From Malacoraja senta (lineage: Eukaryota), in the NCBI GenBank assembly GCA_038087875.1, contig CM075991.1:13890001-13954000 (forward strand): 64,000 nt of DNA. Direction: 5' to 3'. Positions 12,164 through 23,586 of the stretch are shown here, in pieces. The position numbers and the translations under genes are program-made. How positions within the stretch are numbered: the first letter of the stretch is position 1; every line of letters starts with the position of its first letter. The notes under the pieces were generated by a model. It had not been told where the DNA came from and ran no database searches. It saw only the letters and a list, made by a program, of their open reading frames with translations.

Positions 12164-12374
12164 CTTCAGTGGGGGCAGTGAGCTCCGGCTTCAGTGCGCA
12201 GGCCGGGAGGTTGGAGCATTCGAAGTACTCGTTGTCATCCTCCAGCTCGCTCCTGCCCTCGGCACCACCGGACTTTGGGATGACCGAGGTGGAAGCCAGC
12301 TTCTCCTCGTCGGTGGCATGGCCCTCCCTCTGGCCAATGTCCCCTCCACAGGACACCTCCAGCGGCTCGTCATC
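12164..12374 (-). CDS. tacc1: TACC1 211-nt exon with HATDEEKLA motif and EYFECS motif
   Basis: tttcag|GAT...GAA G|gtaggg, phase 0 to 1. Encodes REGHATDEEKLASTS...EDDNEYFECSNLP; HATDEEKL is a TACC1/TACC2 hallmark. Confidence 0.95.
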
Positions 12375-12829
12375 CTGAAACATGGACGCGAGGTTCGGCC
12401 TTACCCAACGCCAACAATCTCTGCTCAACCCAAGTGAAGTGCAGGCTCTGATTTACACATAATGCCGGAGTAACTCAGCGGGACGGGCACCATCTCTGGA
12501 GAGAAGGAATGGGTGACGTTTATATTGTGTTGAGTTTTGGGCCCCATGTTGCGGGAAAGACGTTGTCAAGCAGGAAAAGGGTGGATGTTGGTTGGCGTGG
12601 GCATGTTGGGCCAAAGGGCCAGTTTCCACACTGTAAGGCTCCATGATTAGTGTGAATAGATGCTTGAAGCTCAGTCTGAACTGACAGCGCCTGTTTCTGT
12701 CCCTGCGGGTCTATGAAAAGCTCGATACGAAGGCATTGAATCATCTGGAACCATTGAAATGGTTCCACTTTCATAACATGATGCTGTTCAATTGAGGAGA
12801 ACTGCTGCCAAAGGGAAGGAGCCCCCCCA

Positions 12830-13367
12830 GTTCCGGGGTTACGTCCGCGCCCGGGTGGTGCTAGAGAAGGACTACGCGCTGTCCAAGGGCACCCTGGGGG
12901 ATTTCGGGGACAACTGGGCATCGCGGGGGATTGAATGCATCCTGGACAAGGATTGCAATATAGTTGTTTTACTAAAGGGCCTGACGTGAAAAATCACATA
13001 CGTGATTTTTTCGGCGACTGCCGGCACCCGTCATAGTCGTTACAGGTCTCCGAAAATTTTCAACATGTTGAAAATCCAGCAGTGACCAGAACAAGGTACG
13101 ACTCTTTGGGCGACTACTCACGACCATACAGGCGTCACTCCGCGACATGTTGCCAGGGTGTCGCCTGTATGGTCATGAGTAGTCTCTTCAGACGCCAAAG
13201 GAGACCGACCTACGATGGGTGCCGGCAGTCGCCGAAAAAGTCACGTGAGTGGGACAGGCCCATTAGTAAATTTGTTTGTCTTGCATTATGGTGGTGGGTT
13301 CTGTTTTGTTTTATTGTATTGTAAATGATATTTTAATATCGGAATAAATAAAAAATAAATAAATAAA
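12830..13367 (+). mobile_element. Tx1/L1-type 3' end interrupted by a Harbinger-like MITE (12976-13262)
   Basis: FRGYVRARVVLEKDYALSKGTLGDFGDNWA, with an A-rich tail at 13343-13367. Confidence 0.6.
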
Positions 13368-13879
13368 GGGGAAGGAGCCCTTCCTCATCCCCTCGAGCTG
13401 GTAAGGGGAGTGGAAGAAGGGTCTTGACCCGAAAGGTCACCCTTTCCTTCTCTCCAGAGATGCCGCCCATCCCGCTGAGTTACGCCAGCATTTTGTGTCT
13501 CACGACATACGATATGAGAGAACGCTAATTATCCCAGGAGGGAAATTGGTCTGCCAACAATCATAAAAACACAAGATACATGAAACATGAAATTAAAGTG
13601 ACGAGTGGAAAGGAGGGGAGTCAGTCTACCCCACGACAGAAGGGGGAGGAGTTGTACAGATTGATAGCCACGGGGGAGAAGGGTCTCCTGTGGTGTTCTG
13701 TCCTGCATCTTGGTGGAACCAGTCTGTTGCTGAAGGTACGCTGGCCATACTGTTCAGGGAACAAAGGAGGACCCGGAGTGGGGGGGGGGGCGCTGTGAGG
13801 GGGGTGGGAGGGTGTCAAGGAGAACAAAGGAGGACCCTGCGAGGGATTCTTTGTAACTTTATCTGCGCCCCAACACTAT

Positions 13880-14630
13880 CTTAATGGCGTCAAGTTGGGA
13901 AAAGAGGAAGTACAACGGGATCTGGGGGTCCTTGTTCATCAGTCTATGAAAGTAAGCATGCAGGTACAGCAGGCAGTGAAGAAAGCGAATGGCAGGTTTG
14001 CCTTTATAACAAGAGGAGTCAAGTATAGGAGCAAAGAGGTCCTTCTGCAGTTGTACAGGGCCCAAGTGAGACCACACCTGGAGTATTGTGTGCAGTTTTG
14101 GTCGCCTAATTTGAGGAAGGACATTCTTGCTATTGAGGGAGTGCAGCGTAGGTTTACAAGGTTAATTCCCGGGATGGCAGGGCTGTCATATGCTGAGAGA
14201 ATGGAGCGGCTGGGCTTGAACACTTTGCAGTTTAGAAGGATGAGAGGGGATCTTATTGAGACGTATAAGATTGTTAAGGGTTTGGACACGCTAGAGGCAG
14301 GAAACATGTTCCCCATGTTGGGGGAATCCAGAACGAGGGGCCACAGTTTAAGAATAAGGAGTAAGCCTTTTAGAACGGAGACGAGGAAACATTTTTTCTC
14401 ACAGAGAGTTGTGAGTCTGTGGAATTTTCTGCCTCAGAGGGCGGTGGAGGCCGGTTCTCTGGATACTTTCAAGAGAGAGCTAGATAGGGCTCTTAAATAT
14501 AGCGGAGTCAGGGGATATGGGGAGAAGGCAGGAACGGGGTACTGATTGGGGATGATCAGCCATGATCACGTTGAATGGCGGTGCTGGCTCGAAGGGCCGA
14601 ATGGCCTCCTCCTGCACCTATTGTCTATTG
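13880..14630 (+). mobile_element. CR1 LINE ORF2 3' fragment
   Basis: ORF 13895..14545 QRDLGVLVHQSMKVS…[13 protein letters not shown]…, plus the CR1 tail. Confidence 0.92.
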
Positions 14631-14676
14631 CCCTTTACGTGGCGACTCTTTGCAAACCTTGGGTATGCAAAACAAG

Positions 14677-14726
14677 GTATGCAAAACAGTATGCAAAACA
14701 GTATGCAAAACAGTATGCAAAACAGT
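14677..14726. repeat. 12-bp tandem repeat (GTATGCAAAACA)x4
   Basis: Direct inspection. Confidence 0.95.
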
Positions 14727-16078
14727 TTCCCTGTGACTTGTCACATGTGACAATCAAATATTCATCCATGCATTCCTTCATTCGCCCTTCACTCAGCCAG
14801 CTCTATTCCGCCCCTGTGTCGGCAAGAAACTGCAGAGAGTTGTGGACGCAGCTCAGTCCATCACGCAGACCAACCATTGACCCCCCATCTATGCTTCACA
14901 CTGCCTCGGCACGACCAGCAGCATAATCAAGAACCCTCTCTCAGCCCCAGAATAAAAGGACGTGCTCTTAGAAAGGAGATGAGGAGGAATTTCTTTAGTC
15001 AGAGGGTGGTGAATCTGTGGAATTCATTGCCATTGATAGGTTTTTCATTAGTAAGGGTGTCGCAAAGGGTGGTGGGTGTATGAAATGAGCTGTCAGAGGA
15101 GGTAGTTGAGGCAGGGACTATCCCAACAGGCACATAGATAGGACAGGTTTGGAGGGATATGGGCCAAATGCAGGCAGGTGGGACTAGTGTAGATGGGACA
15201 TGTTGGCCGGTGTGGGCAAGTTGAGCCGAAGGGCCTGTTTCCACACTGTATCACTCTATGTGTCAAAGGTTACGGGTAGAAGGCAGGAGAATGGGGTTGA
15301 GATGGAAAGATAGATCAGCCATGATTGAATGGTGGAGTAGACTCAATGCTCCAATGACATGAACTCTCCACAGATGCTGCCTGGCCTGCTGAGTAGTTCT
15401 AGCAGATCAAGCAGTGTCCGCGAGGAGGGCGATTTTATCGTTATTTTGCTTTTGGTTTTGGCAACCTCCTCATCTTCAATCAGACGTCCGTCAGAGCAGT
15501 TTTCTAGAAACTTCCACTTGCCAGCGAGTGTTTGAGCTGAGAGAAAGCAGAGGGCCCTTTATCTGAGTGACTAGACAGGATGTGGTCTCTGTGTTTGGAG
15601 ATGGCTCCACAGTGGAGCGGAGCTGACTGAGGTGGATGTGACCTCATTCATCTGTGCAGTCCTCACTAAGAATCAAAGTGTGTGGGGTAGGATGGAGGGG
15701 GGTGGGGGTGGTGAATTAACAAAGCCTGCAGCAAGAGCGAATCCAACGTACCCAAGGTTCTTAAATAGACAATAGACAATAGATGCAGGTGTAGGCCATT
15801 TGGCCCTTCGAGCCAGCACCGCCATTCAATGTGATCATGGCTGATCATCCCCAATCAGTACCCCGTTCCTGCCTTCTCCCCATATCCCCTGACTCCGTTA
15901 TTTTTAAGAGCCCTATCTAGCTCTCTCTTGAAAGCATCCAGAGAACCTGCCTCCACCGCCCTCTGAGGCAGAGAATTCCACAGACTCACCACTCTCTGTG
16001 AGAAAAAGTGTTTCCTCGTCTCCGTTCTAAATGGCTTACTCCTTATTCTTAAACTGTGGCCCCTGGTTCTGGACTTCC

Positions 16079-16278
16079 NNNNNNNNNNNNNNNNNNNNNN
16101 NNNNNNNNNNNNNNNNNNNNNNNNNNNNNNNNNNNNNNNNNNNNNNNNNNNNNNNNNNNNNNNNNNNNNNNNNNNNNNNNNNNNNNNNNNNNNNNNNNNN
16201 NNNNNNNNNNNNNNNNNNNNNNNNNNNNNNNNNNNNNNNNNNNNNNNNNNNNNNNNNNNNNNNNNNNNNNNNNNNNNN
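16079..16278. other. Assembly gap (200 N)
   Basis: Run of N between CR1 fragments. Confidence 1.
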
Positions 16279-18199
16279 CAGCTACACCAGTCCCACCTGC
16301 CCGCGTTTGGTCCATATCCCTCTAAACCTTGTCCTGTCCTTGTACCTGTCTAACTGTTTCTTAAACATTGGGATGCAACCTTGCCTCAACTACCTCCTCC
16401 GGCAGCTCGGCAACAAATTTCATCACATTGGGCAGTTGGTCAGTGACCATCGGAAAGGACTTTCAATGGTCAATTGGTCAATGGCCGTAGAACATTTTCA
16501 AGAGGTTTTGGTTTGAACAAACAAAATATTTTTTTGTATTGTAATTCTATATGTTTGGGTCATTATTTCAAGAGAGAGCCAGATAGGGCTCTTAAAAATA
16601 GCGGAGTCAGGGGATATGGGGAGAAGGCAGGAACGGGGTTGATTGGGGATGATCAGCCATGATCACATTGAATGGCGGTGCTGACTCGAAGGGCCGAATG
16701 GCCTACTCCTGCACCTATTGTCTATTGAGCCATACACCCACCATCTGCGTGAAAATGTTGCCCCTCAGGTTCCCATTAAATCTTTCCCTCTCATCTTAAA
16801 CTCATGCCCTCTGGTTCTTGGTTCCCCCCACTCTGGGTAAGAGATTCTGTGCATTCACCCTATCTAGTCCCCTCATGCTTTTATACACCTCTATATGATC
16901 ACCCCCTCAGCCTCCTACATAGTATAGGACTCCACAACAGGCAGTCTCTCTCTCTCTCTCTGTTCCCAGATTGCTGAAGCACTTATACAGCTTTACAGCA
17001 GAGGGCAGCAAGAAGCCAAGATCTTTCACAGAGTCACAGAGTGATACAGTGTGGAAACAGGCCCTTTGGCCCAACTTGCCCACACCGGCCAACATGTCCC
17101 AGCTACACTAGTCCCACCTGCCCGCGTATGGTCCATATCCCTCCAAACCTGTCCTGTCCATGTACCTGCTATCTGTTTCTTAAACGTTGGGATAGTCCCA
17201 GCCTCAAAAACCTCCTCTGGCAGCTTGTTCCATACACCCCGCCACCCTCTGTGTGAAACTGTTACCCCTCAGACTCCTATGAAATCCTTTCGCCTTCACC
17301 TTGAAACTATGTCCTCTGGTCCTCGATTCCTCTACTCTGGAGACTCTGCATCTACCCTATCTATTCCTCTCATGATTTTATGCCCTGCTCCGGTTTCCTC
17401 CCACACTCTAAACACATACAGGTTTGTAGGTTAATTGGCTTCTATAAATTGCACACTGTCCCGAGTGTTTAGGATAGTGCTAGTGTACGGATTGATCGAT
17501 GGTTGGAGAGGACTTGATGAGCCGACGAGCCTGTATCTCTAAAGTCTAAAGACTAAATTGGCTGCAATGCTGGACTCTGCAGTATCAATACTACACTTCT
17601 GGAGGAACTCAGCAGGTCAAGCAGCATCTGTGGAGGCAGAGGGATAGTCTGTGTTTCAGCTGGAGACCCTGCACCGACACGCAGATGGAAGATAGATGGA
17701 AGTGCGGCCCAGTGGTGCAGCGGTAGAGTTGCTGCCTCGCAGCACCAGAGACCCGGGTTCAATCCTGACTACAGGTGCTGTCTGTACGGAGTTTGCATGT
17801 TCTCCCCATGACCGCGTGGGTTTTCTCCGGGTGCTGCGGTTTCCACCCACACTCCAAAGATGTACAGGTTTGTAGATTAATACTCGTCGAGTGGCCGCAC
17901 CAACATCTTATATAACTGCAACATGACCTCCCAACTTAGCCAGGGCTCCCGCGATTCCCTCTCTAGTTTCCCGCAGAGCCCTCGGATATATCTGATCTGG
18001 CCCGGGAGATATGTCTACCTTCATAATAATAGTTATCAGATTGGATTTGACTGCTAGTGATCTGATGTTGTCTGACAGATAGGAGGTAGACAAAAAGGCC
18101 GGAGAAACTCAGCGGGTGAGGCAGCATCTATGGAGCGAAGGAAATAGGTGACGTTTCGGGTCGAGACCCTTCTTCGACAGATAGTTAAGTGTGATCTCC

Positions 18200-18530
18200 T
18201 CAGGCTATTTACGGTAGAGAGCATATTGACTGGTTGCATCACGGCCTAGTTCGGCAACTCAAGCGCCCAGGAAGGAAGAAGACTGCGAAAAGCGGTGAAC
18301 ACTGCCCAGTCCATCACGGGTACTGACCTCCCCTCCATCGAATGGATCTACAGGAGTCGCTGCCTCAAAACGGCAGCCAGCATCATCAGAGACCCACACC
18401 ACCCTGGCCACACACTCATCTCACCCCTGCCATTGGGAAGAAGGTTCAGGAGCCTGAAAACTGTAACGTCCAGGTTCAGGAGCAGCTTCTTCCCTACACC
18501 CATCGGGCTATTAAACACTACAACCTCCAA
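18200..18530 (+). mobile_element. Rex1/Babar-type LINE fragment
   Basis: ORF 18295..18534 is homologous to 6294..6548. Confidence 0.8.
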
Positions 18531-19359
18531 ATAGGCTCCAAAATCTCTCCTGCAGGACCCTTGCCTCCGGTAAAACACCAAAGGAGCTGCCGCTGGGTAA
18601 CAAAAATAAACTCTGCATGGAAGTAACTGGCAGCAACTTCAAGTCTGCGTCCGCCTCGATCACAGGTAATGATGTGTAAACTTTCCACTGGACCTTGCTG
18701 AGTGTGTATAACATGCCTGCTGCCAATACTCTCTCTCTCTCTCCTCACTCACAGGCAAATAATGGGGATGAGAGGGAGAAATAGATCAGCTAACACAATC
18801 AAGGGACATGGGGAGAAAGCAGGAACGGGGTACTGATTTAGGATGATCAGCCATGATCATATTGAATGGTGGTGCTGGCACGAAGGGCCGAATGGTCTAC
18901 TCCTGCACCCATGTTCTATGTTTCTATGATCGAATGGCGGAGTTGACTCGACGGGCCGAATGGCCTGATTCTGCCGTCAATAGACAATACACAATAGACA
19001 ATAGGTGCAGGAGTAGGCCATTTGGCCCTTCGAGCCAGCACCGCCATTCAATGTGATCATGGCTGATCAACCACAATCAGTACCCCGTTCCTGCCTTCTC
19101 CCCATATCCCCTGACTCTGCTATCTTTAAGAGCCCTTTCTAGCTCTCTCTTGAAAGCATCCAGAGAACCTGCCTCCACCGCCCTCTGAGGCAGAGAATTC
19201 CACAGACTCACCACTCTGTGAGGAAAAGTGTTTCCTCGTCTCTGTTGTAAATGGCTTACTCCTTATTCTTCAAATGCCCTTGTGAGGGTGGAGCAGCGCG
19301 CCAGTCTGTTTACCCGCTGTATTATCGCAGAGATAGTTAAACAAGTGGGTAAACTTTAC

Positions 19360-19420
19360 CTGCGAGCATACATCCAACACCAGCGACTGGCTCTCGTACT
19401 TCTTCACCCGGCAGGCGTTC
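19360..19420 (-). CDS. tacc1: TACC1 61-nt exon (NACRVKKYESQSLVLDVCSQ)
   Basis: (CT)n tract and ccgaag| acceptor, CAG|gtaaag donor, phase 2 to 0. Similar to recalled human SGCKVKKHETQSLALDACSR. Confidence 0.92.
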
Positions 19421-20809
19421 CTTCGGAGAGAGGGATGGAGAGAGAGAGCGAGAAAGAGGGAGAGAGAGAGAGAAAAAAAAACACAGGAGCACAGTCAAAC
19501 CTCATCGTTCTGTATTACGGACAGACGGTTTACTTCACCTTAGGACAGAAGCAGCATGCGGGCAAAGTGGCTTGAAGAGGCAAAGGGAAGAAGATGAAGC
19601 GGTGGCGTGAAATGGGAGAGACGAAAGGTAAAGCTCTGACCATCGCATGCCAGCACAGTTCCAGCCTCCCGATGACACCAGGCACAGGTTGGTTTGATGA
19701 ATGTAACCTCCCTTGCCCCAGTGGAGAGACCATCCCTCCATGCTGACTGTGAGGGCATTGGGCACGCCTCGGTCGTGGCCCGTTAATACCAGAGAACAGA
19801 CTCCCTGTACGTTAAAGCTGGATATTGGCAAAAGTTATGAATTAAGTGTATTTTGTGTAAAAACCTGTAGAGTTATTCACCTGTAATGTGATCCAATCTC
19901 CTCTCCCTAAGTTTAGTTTAGTTTAGAGATACAACATGGAAACAGTCCCTTCGGCCCACCGAGTTTGCACCGACCTATACGCCCATGCACTCGTTCTATC
20001 CCACACACTAGGGACATTTGACAATTTACAATCAGGGTGGCATGTTGGCGTAGCGGTAGAGTTGCTGCCTCACAGCGCCAGAGACCCAGGTTCGATCCTG
20101 ACTACAGGTGCTGTCTGCATGGAGTTTGCACGTTCTCCCCGTGACCTGCGTGGGCTTTCCCCCCACACTCCAAAGACGTACAGGTTTGTCGGCTAATTGG
20201 CTTGGTAAAACCGTTAATTGTCCCAAGTGTGTGTAGGGTAGTGTCAGTGTGCGGGGATCGCTGGTTGGCGCGGACTCGATGGGCCGAAGGGCCTGTTTCC
20301 GCGTCGTATCCCTAAATAAACCGGGTCTCTGGCGCCGTGAGGCAGTAACTCTACCGCTGCACCATCGTGCCGACTGATCTCCCATATCTTCCCCTCACCT
20401 AATGCCACGCTCTGGGACTGGCATGCCGTGAGATATTTAGGAGATACTCTCCAGGGACTTCTTCGCCACCGAGCGTTGACTTGGTCTTTTGGATGAGAGG
20501 TCAAACTGCAGCAGGAAGGCTTTTGGGAAATTATCTTGAAGGAAAAGGGGGATATTTTGCCTGCGGGGAATGTTTGTTCATAAGCGATAGGAGCAGAATT
20601 AGGCCATTCGGCCCATCAAGTCTACTCTACCATTCAATCATGGCTGATCTATCTCTCCCTCCTAACCCCATGCTCCTGTCTTCTCCCCATAACCCCTGAC
20701 ACCCGTACTAATCAAGAATCTATCCATCTCTACCTTAAAAATGTCCATTGACTTCAAGGCCTCCACAGTCCTTCTGTGGCAAAGAATTCCACAGATTCAC
20801 CACCCTCTT

Positions 20810-21130
20810 TGTCAGGGAATGTTTGTTCTTGCAAGGACCTCACCAAGAAGAAGATGTCGGAGCGTTTGTGGGAGCCGGTTGAATATGGTGTGGCGCCACC
20901 TGGTGGTTGGGCCATTAACTGAGCGAACCCTCGGCACTCGGACTGGCAGGGTCACGTGACTGTGCTTGGCGGGACGGAGTTGTCACGAGGTTGAGGGGTT
21001 GTGCCCTGGTAGTTAGTCAGAACTCTGGGGGAACCCTCCCCAGTCGTGTACGTGCTGTTCACTGTATTACTTAATAAAGATCCCCACTTTTGATTCATAG
21101 CGCGTGGCTCGCTATAATGGTGGTGTAGTG
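20810..21130 (+). mobile_element. Probable LTR with adjacent PBS-like sequence
   Basis: Starts TGT directly after a truncated CR1 tail, has AATAAA at 21073, ends ...TATA and is followed by TGGTGGTGTAGTG (PBS-like TGG start). No coding domain recognised. Confidence 0.5.
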
Positions 21131-21727
21131 TTTGAGGTGGACTCACGGATACGTATACCCACGGATCTGGACAACCACAGGGGCAATACACCGCGGTAAC
21201 AAGGATAACTTCTTCTGAGGTTGACGGGACACTATGTTTAAAACATTCTGAGCTGCATAGCTAGGATCATCAGGACCATGTTCCCAGTGAGGAAGTGTCT
21301 GACTAGCGATGACCCCGTACCCTAACCCATGTTATCCCACACTACAGGCAATTTATAGAGGGACAATTACCCACACGTCTTTGGAGTGTGGGAGGAAACC
21401 CACATCGCAGCGGTAGTGTTACCGCCCCACAGCGCCAGAGTCCCGGGTTCGTTCCCGACTGCGGATGCTGTCTGTACGGAGTTTTGTACGTTCTCCCCGT
21501 GACCGCGTGGGTTTTCTCTGGGTGCTCCGGTTTCCTCCCACATTCCAAAGGCGTACAGGTTTGTAGAATAATTGGCTTCGGTAAAGATTGTAAATTGTCC
21601 TTAGTACATGTAGGATAGTGTTAGTGTGCGGGGAGTGGGTGGGCCGAAGGGCCTGTTTCCGCACTGTATCTCTAAACTATACTAAACCAGAGCACCTGGA
21701 TGAAACCCAAGCAGGTCCCGGGGAAAC

Positions 21728-22287
21728 TAGAAACATAGAAAATAGGTGCAGGAGGACCTTTGAGCCAGCACCGCCATTCATTGTGATCATGGCTGATCAT
21801 CCACAATCAGTAACCCGTGCCTGCCTTCTCCCCATATCCCTTGATTCCGCTAGCACCCAGAACTCTATCTAACCCTCTTTTAAATACATCCAGTGAATTA
21901 GCCTCCACTGCCTTCCGTGGCAGAGAATTCCACAAATTCATAACTCTCTGGGTGAAAAAGTTTTTTCTCATCTCAGTTTTAAATGGCCTCCGCTTTATTC
22001 TTAGACTGTGGCCCCTGGTTCTAGACTCCACCATCTTTGCGAACATTTTTCCTGCATCTAGCATGTCCAGTCCTTTTATAATTTTAGCCTTTCTATAAGA
22101 TTCCCTCTCATCCATTTAAATTCCAGTGAATACAAGCCCAATCTTTCCAATCTTTCCTCATATGATAGTCCCGCCATCCCGGGGATTAACCTGGTGAACC
22201 TACGCTGCACTGCCTCAACAGCAAGGATGTCCTTCCTCAAATTAGGAGACCAAAACAGCACGCAATGCTCCAGATATGGTCTCACTA
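21728..22287 (-). mobile_element. CR1 LINE 3' fragment
   Basis: ORFs 22076..22345 and 21807..22115 carry CR1 ORF2 C-terminal motifs. Confidence 0.88.
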
Positions 22288-22989
22288 GGAGAGCATGCAA
22301 ACTCCACACAGACAGTATCCTCCCTTTCACTCTCCGAGTGTACACTAACCCTCACACACTGGGGACAATCAGACTGAAGAAGGGTCTCGACGCGAAATGT
22401 CACCCATTTCTTCTCTCCAGAGATGCTGCCTGCCCCGATGAGTTACTCCAGCATTTTGTGTCTATCTTAGAGGGGTGTGGGCCAAATGCAGGCAGGTTGG
22501 ACTCATGTAGATGGGGCATGCTGGTCAGCGTGGGCAAGTTGGGTCGAAGGGCCGGTTTCCACGCTGAATGACTCTATCTATGACCCTCTATGACTCATTC
22601 ATTAATACTTGGCTTTATTTGAAGGGGTTTGACAGATGCTTTAGTTAAGTAGCAGTAAGAAGAGAGTTAAATATATCTCTGATGAAGAGATGTCAACCTG
22701 AAATATTGATTCCATTCCTCTCAATCATTAGTGCTGCCTGGCCTTCTGGGTAAGTTTTCTGATTTATTAAAGAAGTCTGGGTCAAGATCAGTCATAATCA
22801 AGAAGGTAAAAAATATTCATGCAATTACCCTAGGAACTCACATGTCTGTTGGACTTAGATAGACATCTTCTCAACACATATTATCTCCACTCTCAACCAA
22901 GCCAACAATCCTCTGGTCCTATCCTGCCCCACTTACACTTAACCTCAGGGGCAACAGTTCCCGTTTCACCCACCTCCTATCTGGGCTAG

Positions 22990-23586
22990 CTTAGTTTCGA
23001 GATAGAGCATGGAAACAGGCCCTTCGGCCCACTGAGTCCGTGCCAACCAGCGATCCCCGCACACTTATACTGTCCTACACACACTAGGGACAATTTACAA
23101 TTAGACCAAGCCAATTAACCTACAAATCTCTACATCTTTGGAGTGTGGGTGGAAGTCGGAGCTCCCGGTGAAAACCCACTCAGGTCACGTGGTGAACGTA
23201 CAAACTCGGTGCAGACAAGCACCCGTAGTCAGGATCGAACCCGGGTCTCTGGCGCTGTGAGGCAGCAACTCTACCGCTGCGCTACCATGCCGCCCAATTG
23301 CTGCACATGTAGACTATATGTGGAAACAGCGTGGAAACAGCCCCTTCGGCCCACCGTGTCCGCGCCAACCAGCGACCATCTCGTACACTAGCCTACGCAA
23401 ACTAGGTACAATTTTACAACTTACAGAAGCCAATTAACCCACAAACCTGCAGGTCTTTGGAGTGTGGGAGGAAACCGGAGCTCCCGGAGAAAACCTATGT
23501 GGTAAAGGGGAGAATGTACAAACTCTGTGTAGACAGCACCCATAGTCAGGATCGAACCCGGGTCTCTGGCGCTGTCAGGCAGCAAC
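22990..23586 (-). mobile_element. Two tandem HE1/V-SINE-like SINEs
   Basis: Copies at ~22990-23295 and ~23325-23586. Confidence 0.82.

Noticed and set aside
16031..16516. ORFs spanning the N-run
   Set aside because: Artefacts of the assembly gap.
19500..19560. Possible extra microexon or recursive AG|GT site (ctgtcctaag|gtgaag) upstream of the 61-nt exon
   Set aside because: In the required phase it gives an immediate TGA and the donor is weak. It cannot be supported without RNA data.
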